Origin: a virus
Lineage: Duplodnaviria; Heunggongvirae; Uroviricota; Caudoviricetes
Virus record (IMG/VR): IMGVR_UViG_3300009149_000021
Reading direction: 5' to 3' (one strand)
Length of the DNA stretch: 64,000 nt
Part shown: positions 46,096-56,336 of the stretch, piece after piece
Numbering within the stretch: position 1 is the stretch's first letter
How the letters are laid out: each line of letters opens with the position of its first letter
The notes under the pieces: model-generated
Told to the model about the DNA's origin: nothing
What the model saw: only the letters and a program-made list of their open reading frames with translations
Database searches by the model: none
Translations under genes and position numbers: made by a program

Positions 46096-47974
46096 CTATT
46101 ATTTCCTCCCTATTAATTCTTTCGATTAAACTATCAAATTCACCCGATAACAACATTCGTTTATAAGATGAATCAACTAATAAATTTATTAATTCTTGTT
46201 TCGTAGGTTCACTGACAGGTTTAACTTTATATAATTTTCTAATATTTTTATCAAATAAACATGGTCCCAATTGATCAGAATTAAATTCACCAAGACCCTT
46301 GAATCTTCTTTTATTTGCACCTGGGTACAATATGCTCTGTTCTTCCAATTCCTCTCTAGACCAACATGGAATAAATTTGGTTTTAGTAACTAAACCATAT
46401 AAAGGGATATCTGCAACATATAGCATTCCTTGCTCTATCACATCGGGAAGCATTATCATAAAGAAATTCAGTAATAAAACAGTTATATGCTCCCCATCGG
46501 GATCTGGGTCTGGACAAAGAACGATCTTCGAATATCTTATATTTCCTATCTTAGTGTTAGTTGTTTTAGATTTAAATCCTATACCAACCGTTTTTATAAT
46601 ATCATATAATTCATTATTTTTCAATATTTTTTCTAATTTTTTATTAGAAGAAATATTCATCACCTTCCCTTTTAAAGGGAGTATTGCATGAATTTTTTTA
46701 TCTCTGGCATCTAAACAAGTTTTCCCAGCTGAATCACCTTCTATTATAACCAATTCGGAATTCTTAAATTGCATACAATCTCTCAATTTAGATTTCTCAT
46801 CCATTATCCCACGCACACCTATATTACCGGAAAGTTGTTTTACTTTAGTTTTGGAATCCAGTTTTGTTCTATACAGTTCAAATTTATCTAATAACACTTG
46901 AAGTAATTTTTTCTTATCCAGTGTTTTTTCAATGAGACATTTTAACTGTTCACCAATAATTGGTATTAGTTTCTTCTTTGGTGTGGTTAGTCTCTCTTTC
47001 GTTTGCGAAGCAAACTTAGTCTCTTCGAGAAAAATGTTAAAATATATTTTTAATCCAACCAAACAATCACGCTTTATAAAATTCCTATTTCCTTTTCTGG
47101 AAAACATAATGTCTATAAATAATTGTTCAACACTAGATATATGAAAACCAAGATTTACTGGAATTAAATTTACCGATGCGCTTGTTTTGCATGGTTCATC
47201 ATTTTTCTCATATGCGAATACGAGATTTATGGACTGATTCCCATCTTTATATTCAATAACAATTGGATCAAATAAAGGGTCATTTATATAACTATTCTTA
47301 AAATGCGTATAAAGATTTTCTTTAATTATTTCTTGATTCCCATCAACATTAAATAATATTTCTTTTCCAGTAAAGATACTACATATTTCCAATCTCTTTT
47401 TTATCTTATCAGCATCTAGTAAAAGAGTTTCAAAATATGTTTTACTGGGTTTAAATGATATTCTTGTGCTATACGGTTTATTGTATTTTCTTGGAAGTTT
47501 CTCAACCTTTTTATCTACGAGCAAGCCATCCTCAAATTTATATTTTAGATGTGCCAATTTGTTACCATACATATTTTTTTGCACTCTATATACCTCTATC
47601 TCAAAATTATCACTGAGTGCATTCACGGCAGACATACCAACACCATGAAGACCTGCACTTATTCTATATGCAGTTTTATTAAACTTACCACCCGAAAATG
47701 GAATAGTTGCTAACAAAATTGGAATATCCTCATTATCTATTTGATCAAGTGGAATTCCTCTCCCATCATCTATAACTGTGTATTCATTATTTATAGTATC
47801 TATATAAATTCCCATCTTATTTCCAAAACCATTTATCAGTTCATCAACAGAATTATCTATTATTTCATACATCAAATGGTTTGGATTATCAGTATCTCCA
47901 ATAAACATATCAGGTCTAACCCGTATTGGCTCAAGCTTCTCAAGTATCCTTATACTTTCTTTATCATATGCCAT
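46085..47974 (-). CDS. type II DNA topoisomerase, GyrB-like ATPase/Toprim subunit (T4 gp39-like)
   Basis: GHKL ATPase N-terminus; Toprim EGDSAG; LPLKGK; DPDPDGEHI (GyrB DxDxDGxHI). Confidence 0.85.
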   Translation of the reverse strand: MAYDKESIRILEKLEPIRVRPDMFIGDTDNPNHLMYEIIDNSVDELINGFGNKMGIYIDTINNEYTVIDDGRGIPLDQIDNEDIPILLATIPFSGGKFNKTAYRISAGLHGVGMSAVNALSDNFEIEVYRVQKNMYGNKLAHLKYKFEDGLLVDKKVEKLPRKYNKPYSTRISFKPSKTYFETLLLDADKIKKRLEICSIFTGKEILFNVDGNQEIIKENLYTHFKNSYINDPLFDPIVIEYKDGNQSINLVFAYEKNDEPCKTSASVNLIPVNLGFHISSVEQLFIDIMFSRKGNRNFIKRDCLVGLKIYFNIFLEETKFASQTKERLTTPKKKLIPIIGEQLKCLIEKTLDKKKLLQVLLDKFELYRTKLDSKTKVKQLSGNIGVRGIMDEKSKLRDCMQFKNSELVIIEGDSAGKTCLDARDKKIHAILPLKGKVMNISSNKKLEKILKNNELYDIIKTVGIGFKSKTTNTKIGNIRYSKIVLCPDPDPDGEHITVLLLNFFMIMLPDVIEQGMLYVADIPLYGLVTKTKFIPCWSREELEEQSILYPGANKRRFKGLGEFNSDQLGPCLFDKNIRKLYKVKPVSEPTKQELINLLVDSSYKRMLLSGEFDSLIERINREEIIDVC

Positions 47975-47983
47975 CGAGCCTCC

Positions 47984-49030
47984 CTACTCAATCATTATCT
48001 CATCTAGTTTTTTCAGATAATATTCGTGCTCACCATCATCTATTTTTTTGTATTTCAAATATTCCAAAAAAATATTACTAGTCAAGTCGATTGTTTTAAT
48101 TTGATCATCGTCCTCTGCCCCGAGGGATTTCTCCAATTGTAGGACACAATACACACCATTGTTATTACAATAATCATACAGCTCCTCTGACATTGTCTGT
48201 ATTCTTATTTGGTCTTCATCCAATCCCTCTTTAACTATTGTTTTCACATCATCAATATTATCTGTGTATCTTGTAATATATCTTGGATATATCGTTGGAA
48301 TGGAATCATATTCACATGAATCACTATCAAATATTATATATCTTTTATCCTCATTGCTCTCGCCCCAATTTTCCTGCACAACACTCCCAACATATATTAA
48401 TTTAGAATTTTCATTCTCAAGTAATTGTGGTTTGTGATAGTGTCCAAGAATGATCATTTTGAAATAAACACTCAAATCTTTAAATGTTATCCTATCCACA
48501 TGAGATAAGCCCGAACTCAGGACAGCTTCATTAACACCAAAATGACTTATCAAAACTTCAATCTCTGGATTAGATTCAATTTTATCTCTCAGTGTATCGA
48601 GAAAATTCTTAGACCAAGGGAGCAATAATATTTTATCTTCCAATATTAATGTTTCCCCTGGTTCCAATATTGTTAAATTCTGATATTTTTTGTGTTTCAT
48701 ATGTGATAATAGGGTGATTGGATTTTCTGTTTTATCACTGACGTCGTGGTTACCAGTAATAATATATTTATTCCAATCTTCAAAATGTGATATAAATTGT
48801 GAAAACAGATCTTCCGAAGAAGCATGTGCATAATTTTTATGATGAAAAATATCACCAGCTATAATAAGATTTTTTTCTTCATCTGGATATTCCACTTTAA
48901 ATCGTTCCAAGGCGTTATACATATTGTTTATAACATAGAATTCTTTCCTTGGATATTTTTTTCCATCAAGGTCTATGAATTCTTTATCTTTGCCTGCAAG
49001 ATGAGGATCGGCAAAAATAACATATTTCAT
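47984..49030 (-). CDS. SbcD/Mre11-like nuclease (T4 gp47-like)
   Basis: Phosphoesterase motifs in order: ADPH, AGDIFHH, TGNHD, ISHFG, LGHYH. Confidence 0.85.
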   Translation of the reverse strand: MKYVIFADPHLAGKDKEFIDLDGKKYPRKEFYVINNMYNALERFKVEYPDEEKNLIIAGDIFHHKNYAHASSEDLFSQFISHFEDWNKYIITGNHDVSDKTENPITLLSHMKHKKYQNLTILEPGETLILEDKILLLPWSKNFLDTLRDKIESNPEIEVLISHFGVNEAVLSSGLSHVDRITFKDLSVYFKMIILGHYHKPQLLENENSKLIYVGSVVQENWGESNEDKRYIIFDSDSCEYDSIPTIYPRYITRYTDNIDDVKTIVKEGLDEDQIRIQTMSEELYDYCNNNGVYCVLQLEKSLGAEDDDQIKTIDLTSNIFLEYLKYKKIDDGEHEYYLKKLDEIMIE

Positions 49031-49042
49031 TAAAATCTCCTA

Positions 49043-49432
49043 TTAAAATTTAAGTATCTTTCCACTTTCCAAACAACCAAGATTCTGAGCAATTTCTATT
49101 CCTGATGAAGTCCCCAGTACCCAACTCACGAATGCGCCAGTTGGTGAAGCTTCCTTTGTAATTGTTTCTCGTCGTACTGATATTGGCCCATCAGTCATAT
49201 TGTTAGTAATAGCAGCCAACATCGCAACGGTTGTTATTTGGTCATTCATATGCTCAACCAGAAAGAATTCGGTATTACCACCCTTCGCAACCTGTTCTTC
49301 ATATGCTTGTCTTGGTATGTTTAATAAGTTTATATATTTGCCATTTCTGATTTCTATATTCCCACCAGTATCAACATAATCTTCATCATTACAGATTAAC
49401 CACCCATCCCCACTTATATATAAAAGTTTCAT
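49043..49432 (-). CDS. hypothetical protein
   Basis: ORF 129 aa. Confidence 0.4.
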   Translation of the reverse strand: MKLLYISGDGWLICNDEDYVDTGGNIEIRNGKYINLLNIPRQAYEEQVAKGGNTEFFLVEHMNDQITTVAMLAAITNNMTDGPISVRRETITKEASPTGAFVSWVLGTSSGIEIAQNLGCLESGKILKF

Positions 49433-49660
49433 AAAACCTCCTAATTAATAGCATTTGTTAAAGGATACATAGTATTAAGTGTCCAAACTTTAATAATATA
49501 TTCCAATCCTTCACAATTTACACCAACCTTTTTTCTACTGCTAATCTCGCTCTTTATAAAATTCAAGTCTTCCGTGCATATGAAGCAGCATGGAAGTTCT
49601 GTTATTATTTCATCTTCATTCTGAAATTCATCTTGATAATCATCTTGTAACATATATACC

Positions 49661-50230
49661 TCAGAATGGGGCCGGAGGTGCACCAGATCCAGATTCGGGA
49701 GAATTATATTTTGTTTCTCTTTCTGGTCGATTGATAAACTCGTGATATAAACCGAGCATGACCACATCTTTAATAATAACATTTAGAAATGATTTAAACA
49801 TCAATAAATCCGCTGGTGTATGTAATAAATAATTTCTAGATTGTTTATCTTCTCTAGAATAGATGTTAATTGTTGTCTTGAGAATTCCTCTATTATCTTT
49901 CCATTTACCAACATTCAAAGTAGTAACATCATTACCTTCCACCTTATCACTCTTACTTCTATCATGATACAAAGGATCTACTTTTTCTTCTGGGTTCCTT
50001 TCTAACACAGCCAAATCGACTAACAATTTAGCTGCTTCAGCTGGGGCAATTGAAAAATATCTAGCATTCTTATAATCATATATGTTGCTACCTTTCGATG
50101 CTGGTCCTTTCATATCTCTATTCTCGTCAATAGCTGGAGCTATTTCTAAGCTTCCGTTTTTCTTAGCGAAATTAACCTTTAAAATCATTACTGATTTTTT
50201 TCCATAAAACCTAAAATAATCTTGGGTCAT
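49661..50230 (-). CDS. hypothetical protein
   Basis: ORF 189 aa directly upstream of the RNR; the 113-aa ORF at 49441..49782 overlaps it in another frame and is probably shorter or spurious. Confidence 0.4.
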   Translation of the reverse strand: MTQDYFRFYGKKSVMILKVNFAKKNGSLEIAPAIDENRDMKGPASKGSNIYDYKNARYFSIAPAEAAKLLVDLAVLERNPEEKVDPLYHDRSKSDKVEGNDVTTLNVGKWKDNRGILKTTINIYSREDKQSRNYLLHTPADLLMFKSFLNVIIKDVVMLGLYHEFINRPERETKYNSPESGSGAPPAPF

Positions 50231-50249
50231 TTATTTATAATCTCCTTTA

Positions 50250-53200
50250 TTATGAACATTTGGAATATCCACAACTGAGACATTCCATGCAACCTTCCTG
50301 GATGGAAAGTGATTTCTCTTTACATTTGGGACAAATCTGCATCCCCTCTGTTGTAACATCATCCGTATCGGTAAACGAATATTTTAACATTTTTGCTATA
50401 GCATCAACCACGGATGTCACTGGAATTGGTTTTTTGGTAAACTTATGCCACATGACATCATTGGATGCAATATTTTCTAATTGATTTATTATCTTTCCAA
50501 GTGGTATATGGTAAGACAAACAGAGCGAAATCAATCTTCCGATTGCTTCAGTATAACATCCCAGCTCACTTCCAGATTTTCCAACATTCAAAAATATCTC
50601 CAATGGTATTCCCTCTTTAGAATTGACAGTTATAAATGCATCGTATTCTGGGAATTTGAATTTTTCAGTGAAACCAAAAAGTTTCTCTGGTCTGGAAACA
50701 TCTTTTAATTCAATTTTTGGTTTCTCTTTTGAAACACCACACAATATTCCTTCTCTTTTACAACCGGAACGATATACAGTTATTCCCTTACAACCGGACT
50801 TCCATGCAAGCATATAAAGTTCTTTCACATTTTCTACTGTGGTATGATTACCAAGATTAACAGTAGAAGAAATACTATTATCTATATATTTCTGAATCAA
50901 ACCTTGCAGTTTAACTCGCTCTTTCCAATTAACTTCATATGCTTGTGGAAAGAAATTTTTTATTTCTTCATCAGATTCAACAATCCTCATTTCCTTGGCA
51001 TATTTTATTGCATTGTGCCAGATTTCGAACGTTTCTTGTTTTCCTGATATATTGGTCTTCCTCGTATATGTCCTCATGAATACTGGTTCTATCCCAGAAC
51101 TACAATTAGAATAAATCATTTTATTATTTTTAATATTATAAATTCCACCACCGATAATTGATAATGAACCAGTTGGTGCAATTGTATTTACAGTGACATT
51201 TGCAATCGGTTTATCTTTCGGAATATTAAATTTTTCAAAAAATGGTGTACTATAATATTTTTCAGTATCAAAATCATTAACAATTATTCCATGCTCGGTA
51301 GCCAAATTTTGTGATGTTATATAAGATGTAGTTCTAAATTCTTCGAGAAGTTCTTTTAGAAATTTTGTTGTATCAGCTCCCATGTTGTATCCAAATCTCA
51401 TCAACCCCAATACATCACCCAATGCAGAAATTCCCAAACCAATTCTTCTATATTTTTCTGCCTTCTCGCGAATTTCTGGAAGCGCAAACATGTCATACTT
51501 CAACTCATAATCTAGAACGGCATTCAAGGCTAAAATTCCAACTCTGATGGTGTTCCTGAAACCTTCAAAGTTGAATGTGTTATCCACATAAAATTTATCA
51601 AGCATTACTGCACCAAGTACGCACTGCTCATATTTTGCCATTGAAATTTCACCACACTGCCTTTGATATATATTATAGTGTGTAACAGCACTTTTTGACT
51701 CTTTTATTTTTCCCAACACCGTTCCAACTATATGATTATCATCAACTGTAATATTATAAACATCCTCATAACCATCAAATTCAACAGAAACAACTTTATG
51801 ATTAACATTTTCAACAACATCTTCTTTGATTGCATTCCAAGAAAATGATCCTTCAGACCATCTATACATACCACTTGGACGATATTCTCGTTTAATACGA
51901 TTAATTAAACCATCATATTTACTATACTTTTCATTGTATGGTATCTTAAAAGCATCTTCAAAATATATTTTCCATTCTTCAAGACTAGGAAATCTATCCA
52001 ATCTAATAGAATAATCTATAAATTCATTATATATTTTGTGAAATTTATCCGTTGAAACTTTATTTGCTTTTAATAAATATTTTTCCGATTGATATAATGC
52101 AGCACATGTACTTGAACAAAATGCCCTTTCACGTTTTGAATATTCGACCCAAAAGTTAGAATTACATTTTTCACAAACTCTCAAACAATAACATTTCCCA
52201 TCAGCCACATCAAACTTAATAACCAAATCCGAATTATCTTTATTTTGAATATACCAACGATATGCAATAATTGAATGATACCTTTGTATCGACCATTCTT
52301 TTTTATAACCAAATATCTCAAAGTTTAATTGATCAATTAAATCATATGTTTTATATAATTTGCTATTTCTACAATAACCTTTTTCACCAGCATGTTTTCT
52401 CCATTCAGATTTTGTTATTGGTCCATTGTATCCATTTAAACATTCTTTAATTTGATCTAGATGCTCATCTTTTGAAACATCGATAGCTTTTCCATTTTTA
52501 AATCCAGATGTACTTTCTGACATTTTTTTACGATATTTTTGTCTATTTTCTTCAGTTGTTTCATTCCACCAATTTTGCATTGGATTATTTTTATTCATGT
52601 GTAATCTGTTATGTTCCGAATGCTTCATCAATCTAAGATTCTCAATTAAATTATTTCTAGGATTTCCATCTATATGGTGAACAACCATTTTATTTTCAGT
52701 ATTGAAAATTTTGTTATCCAAATCATTATAAAATTGATAAACATACCTGTGTTCAATCTTAGAAAATTTAACATTATCTATTTTTGAAATATTCCAATAA
52801 GAAGTTTTTTTATTAAAACTTTTAGTCGAAACAAACAAACTATCTCCAGCAGTTAAATCCTTAGCTTCACACTCAGATAGATTTCTCAAAATAAACTTAT
52901 GATTCTCAGTACATCTAACAACAGAACCATCGTCCAAAGTCACCTTCAATATCTTTTTATTTCTACCAGTCAATCTAGGATTTCTACCTGTTTTAATTTC
53001 AACAAAACCTGTTTCTTTATTTAATGAATACACTGGAACATCTTTTTCTTCATCTACTAATTGTTTAATTGGGACCATACCCCTGCCATCAGCAACAGAA
53101 ATCAACATATCACCAGTTAAACATGGATTTACACCTTCTGGTGTGCTCTCTGGATGGAAACAACCTGGATTATAATTTACCATTCTATCTTTAAATATTA

Positions 53201-53993
53201 TCCCAGGCTCTGCCCAATCCCAAGCATTCGTACAAATTAAATCAAATATTTCTTTAGCCTTTATCATTCTTTTAATTGACGCTTTATCATTCTCAAACTT
53301 CAATTCCCAATCAGAATCATTCTCAACTGCTTTCATAAAATCATCACTAATCATTATACTAATATTGGCACCTTTAATATAATTTTCATCTTGTGTTTTC
53401 GATTTTATAAACTCCACAACATCTGGATGTGTGCAATCGAGAAAAATGATAGATGCTCCACGCCTACCGGCATGCCCTATTGTGTTTGTTATTTCTGAAT
53501 AAAGATTTGCAAATGGAACAACACCCGCAGTTGACTTAGCTGCGTTGTTTACCTTGCACCCATCTGGTCTTAAATTGTTGAGGTGCAGTCCATTGCCATA
53601 ACCATATTTTAAAACATGAGCATGGAGACTCGCAAATTTCATGATAGATTCCATACTATCGTCTGGGCCACCAGTATATAGACAATTGCTGAGTGTGAGA
53701 TTCACACTCTCGCCTCTTTTTCTAGCAAAATGAAGTCTTAAAATTCCATGTAAAATTCTACCACCTAGAATAAATTTAAATCCTTTCATAGAATTATATA
53801 ATTCAGCCTTGGAAACATATTTAGTTTCCAATTCGCCAGACAAAATGTCCCATGCTTCAGGCGGAGAAAGCAAGGTATCTTCATCTATTAATCCATATTT
53901 TGTTGACCATGTTTTTGAAACAAATTCATCCCCATTATAGAAATCCATAATTTTTTTAAAACGCTTGTGTTTTGTAATATCAACAGACATCAA
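50250..53993 (-). CDS. nrdJ: ribonucleotide reductase, class II (adenosylcobalamin-type, NrdJ-like), interrupted by an intein
   Basis: Extein junction restores NP|CGEI (class II NPCGE active site) followed by QCVLGAVML; C-terminal Cys4 zinc-ribbon CPKC...CLSCGYSKCS typical of many class II RNRs. Codon 1 in the ORF track is TTG; ATG follows at 53990. Confidence 0.8.
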   Translation of the reverse strand: MMSVDITKHKRFKKIMDFYNGDEFVSKTWSTKYGLIDEDTLLSPPEAWDILSGELETKYVSKAELYNSMKGFKFILGGRILHGILRLHFARKRGESVNLTLSNCLYTGGPDDSMESIMKFASLHAHVLKYGYGNGLHLNNLRPDGCKVNNAAKSTAGVVPFANLYSEITNTIGHAGRRGASIIFLDCTHPDVVEFIKSKTQDENYIKGANISIMISDDFMKAVENDSDWELKFENDKASIKRMIKAKEIFDLICTNAWDWAEPGIIFKDRMVNYNPGCFHPESTPEGVNPCLTGDMLISVADGRGMVPIKQLVDEEKDVPVYSLNKETGFVEIKTGRNPRLTGRNKKILKVTLDDGSVVRCTENHKFILRNLSECEAKDLTAGDSLFVSTKSFNKKTSYWNISKIDNVKFSKIEHRYVYQFYNDLDNKIFNTENKMVVHHIDGNPRNNLIENLRLMKHSEHNRLHMNKNNPMQNWWNETTEENRQKYRKKMSESTSGFKNGKAIDVSKDEHLDQIKECLNGYNGPITKSEWRKHAGEKGYCRNSKLYKTYDLIDQLNFEIFGYKKEWSIQRYHSIIAYRWYIQNKDNSDLVIKFDVADGKCYCLRVCEKCNSNFWVEYSKRERAFCSSTCAALYQSEKYLLKANKVSTDKFHKIYNEFIDYSIRLDRFPSLEEWKIYFEDAFKIPYNEKYSKYDGLINRIKREYRPSGMYRWSEGSFSWNAIKEDVVENVNHKVVSVEFDGYEDVYNITVDDNHIVGTVLGKIKESKSAVTHYNIYQRQCGEISMAKYEQCVLGAVMLDKFYVDNTFNFEGFRNTIRVGILALNAVLDYELKYDMFALPEIREKAEKYRRIGLGISALGDVLGLMRFGYNMGADTTKFLKELLEEFRTTSYITSQNLATEHGIIVNDFDTEKYYSTPFFEKFNIPKDKPIANVTVNTIAPTGSLSIIGGGIYNIKNNKMIYSNCSSGIEPVFMRTYTRKTNISGKQETFEIWHNAIKYAKEMRIVESDEEIKNFFPQAYEVNWKERVKLQGLIQKYIDNSISSTVNLGNHTTVENVKELYMLAWKSGCKGITVYRSGCKREGILCGVSKEKPKIELKDVSRPEKLFGFTEKFKFPEYDAFITVNSKEGIPLEIFLNVGKSGSELGCYTEAIGRLISLCLSYHIPLGKIINQLENIASNDVMWHKFTKKPIPVTSVVDAIAKMLKYSFTDTDDVTTEGMQICPKCKEKSLSIQEGCMECLSCGYSKCS
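51657..53123 (-). mobile_element. intein with HNH homing-endonuclease domain inside the RNR active-site region
   Basis: Starts CLTGDMLISV right after NP; HNH motif HHIDGNPRNNLIENLRLMKHSEHNRLH; block-G-like VYNITVDDNHIVGT; host protein resumes at CGEI. ~489 aa. Confidence 0.7.
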
Positions 53994-54024
53994 ACCCCCT
54001 GTGAGTTTTATACTTGTTCTCTTA

Positions 54025-54056
54025 TTTTTAAAAGAATGTTTTCTATTGTTCTCTTA
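54025..54056. promoter_or_regulatory. direct repeat TTGTTCTCTTA x2 in the RNR upstream intergenic region
   Basis: Two 11-nt copies spaced 21 nt apart, flanked by AACCCCC / GGGGGGTT inverted runs. Confidence 0.25.
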
Positions 54057-54081
54057 AAAACGGGGGGTTATTTTTTTTCAT

Positions 54082-54771
54082 TTATTCATTGTGAGTTAAT
54101 AAGAATTCCATATTTTTTGTAAATTGAATATTCAAATACTCATTCACTTTTTCAAAATCATCTATCCAAGTTGTCTTTCTATATAACTGAAGAAAATATA
54201 ATTTTGCAATTATATATGAATCCATCAACATGAGTCGTCTCAGATATGATATATCGATATTGATGAATGCTTTGTCCATATCCATATCATAATATTTACA
54301 CAAACCAACGGAATACGCATATTCCCTAAACGGAGCTTTTAATTTTAGTTCATAACTATAATTTAAATTAGCGCCACTCAACTCTGTTGATTTTATTCTA
54401 TTTCTCTCCAATGCAATATTTATCATCGGAAATAAATAATTAAATCCATTGACCGTTATCTTATTAGATGATTTTAAATCTATCGATCTATTTTTTATTT
54501 TTTCCAATAGCTTTTCCATTAGATCCAATTCACTTTCACCCTCGGCTCTTGTCAAAAGATATGAGAAAGTTTTCATTGCATCCGTGACTTTTAAAACTGT
54601 TATTGCTGATATTTCTTGAAATGTTATCGGGAGAAATGTATCTTTTTTCATTTCTAAAATTTTATTTATCAAATCACCAATACTAGTTTGTTCATCATTG
54701 AAATAATTCCGAATCAAATTCTCGGATGGTATAGTGTAAACGTGCATAAATAATGTATTATTATTTCCCAC
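54082..54771 (-). CDS. hypothetical protein
   Basis: ORF 229 aa. Confidence 0.4.
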   Translation of the reverse strand: MGNNNTLFMHVYTIPSENLIRNYFNDEQTSIGDLINKILEMKKDTFLPITFQEISAITVLKVTDAMKTFSYLLTRAEGESELDLMEKLLEKIKNRSIDLKSSNKITVNGFNYLFPMINIALERNRIKSTELSGANLNYSYELKLKAPFREYAYSVGLCKYYDMDMDKAFINIDISYLRRLMLMDSYIIAKLYFLQLYRKTTWIDDFEKVNEYLNIQFTKNMEFLLTHNE

Positions 54772-55791
54772 TTACATCCCCTCCTTAGTTTCCATATAAT
54801 GTATTTTATCTTCGTGACTGTGCTTTTTCATTCTCAAACATTTGGACATATAAATTCCAGACCAATTTATTCCTCTGTCGTAAGTTTCTCTGTCCATCTC
54901 ATAAAAATTAGTCACCAACAATTTCATCGCCTTATCATTCTTCATAGATAACAAATGTCTATATGATACATTACGAGGAACGTCTACCCCTTTAATTCTT
55001 AGAGAATATCTAACAGATCCATCAGAATCAATTGATATATATCGAATCAAATCTGCCAATTCCGGAACAGAATATGGTAAATCCTCATAAAGATAATCCA
55101 ATAACATAGGCATGTGTACATGTTTTATAGTTTTGGCATAATCAAAAATTGATCTTGTTAGAGCATCTTTTTGAACAAATATGTCTTCATCATAAGGCAC
55201 ATCACTAAAATCATAATATTCAGATAATTTCGGATCAATCACAGACACAGAAATAAATATTTCTTTAGAGTCGAGAAAATCTAAGAGTTTTGGAAGATGC
55301 CTCATATTATATCTGTTCAGTGTGCATTCTGCACAGCAATCAATTTTATCACCAAATTTATCTTTCAATTTTAATAAGGCTTCCAGACCTATATCAGATT
55401 TTACAGTTCTAAAAATGTCTGGTTCATCATCTTTAACATCTATTGATGCTGTAAATCCTCTAACATATGAAACCTTATCAAAAAACTTTTTAACCAATCC
55501 ACGTGAACAATTGCTGATAATAGTATAAAGTACTCCCAACTCATTCAGATATTCTACCAACTCTGGAAGCCAATCCACTAACAATGGTTCACCACCCATA
55601 ATAGAAAAGAAGGTTTCTGGATATACTTCATACCATTCAGAAAAAAATCCTTTCCACCATTCCAGGGTCCTTTCATTTTTCATATAATAATCAATAGGTG
55701 GATAAACTTTAGTGGATTTCCACACATTACAGTGTCCACATTTAAGATTACAACCTCTGGTTAAATATACATTTGCAAATGGTATATTCAT
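54772..55791 (-). CDS. radical SAM enzyme
   Basis: N-terminal TRGCNLKCGHCNVW = CxxxCxxC radical-SAM cluster motif. Confidence 0.65.
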   Translation of the reverse strand: MNIPFANVYLTRGCNLKCGHCNVWKSTKVYPPIDYYMKNERTLEWWKGFFSEWYEVYPETFFSIMGGEPLLVDWLPELVEYLNELGVLYTIISNCSRGLVKKFFDKVSYVRGFTASIDVKDDEPDIFRTVKSDIGLEALLKLKDKFGDKIDCCAECTLNRYNMRHLPKLLDFLDSKEIFISVSVIDPKLSEYYDFSDVPYDEDIFVQKDALTRSIFDYAKTIKHVHMPMLLDYLYEDLPYSVPELADLIRYISIDSDGSVRYSLRIKGVDVPRNVSYRHLLSMKNDKAMKLLVTNFYEMDRETYDRGINWSGIYMSKCLRMKKHSHEDKIHYMETKEGM

Positions 55792-56330
55792 GCATTCTCC
55801 TTGTGTATCAAATTAAATACAAATCTATCATGAATTAATCTACATTGCTCTATAACTCCATTTCTAACTTCATCATCATTATCTACATAAAGATGATCAA
55901 ACACTTTCACATCCACTATCGATCTTGATAGCCTACAAAGATCTATAAAATGATTGAAAATTATTTCGGCTTTCCTTTTATATATAAGTTCTTTATCAGT
56001 TGTATATTCATATCTGGATATACATACAACATCTTTACAATTCTTAATTGGAAGTCTATGAACGAGCAAATAAAAATAAATGAAAAATTTTTCTATATTC
56101 ATTGAATTAGTTAATATCACATATGGGTATTTTTTCATCAATTTCACAATAGTTTTATTTGGTTTGGTCAATAATCTTTTTATTTGAAATAAAATAAAAT
56201 TCGTATATACACTATCCTTGCTAGTTATCGTTCCATCAAAGTCTATAAATTTCATCGATCCCCCAACATATTTTATGATAACAAAAAATAAAAGGGAAGG
56301 CAAGTATGCCCTCCCTTTTTGTTTTCCCAA
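55788..56330 (-). CDS. HAD-superfamily hydrolase-like protein
   Basis: N-terminal IDFDGTIT = HAD motif I DxDGT. Confidence 0.4.
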   Translation of the reverse strand: MGKQKGRAYLPSLLFFVIIKYVGGSMKFIDFDGTITSKDSVYTNFILFQIKRLLTKPNKTIVKLMKKYPYVILTNSMNIEKFFIYFYLLVHRLPIKNCKDVVCISRYEYTTDKELIYKRKAEIIFNHFIDLCRLSRSIVDVKVFDHLYVDNDDEVRNGVIEQCRLIHDRFVFNLIHKENA

Positions 56331-56336
56331 TTTTAT

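Noticed and set aside
49441-49782. 113-aa minus-strand ORF overlapping 49661..50230 by 122 nt in another frame
   Set aside because: Probably starts at an internal Met (about 49653) or is spurious; not listed as a separate confident feature.
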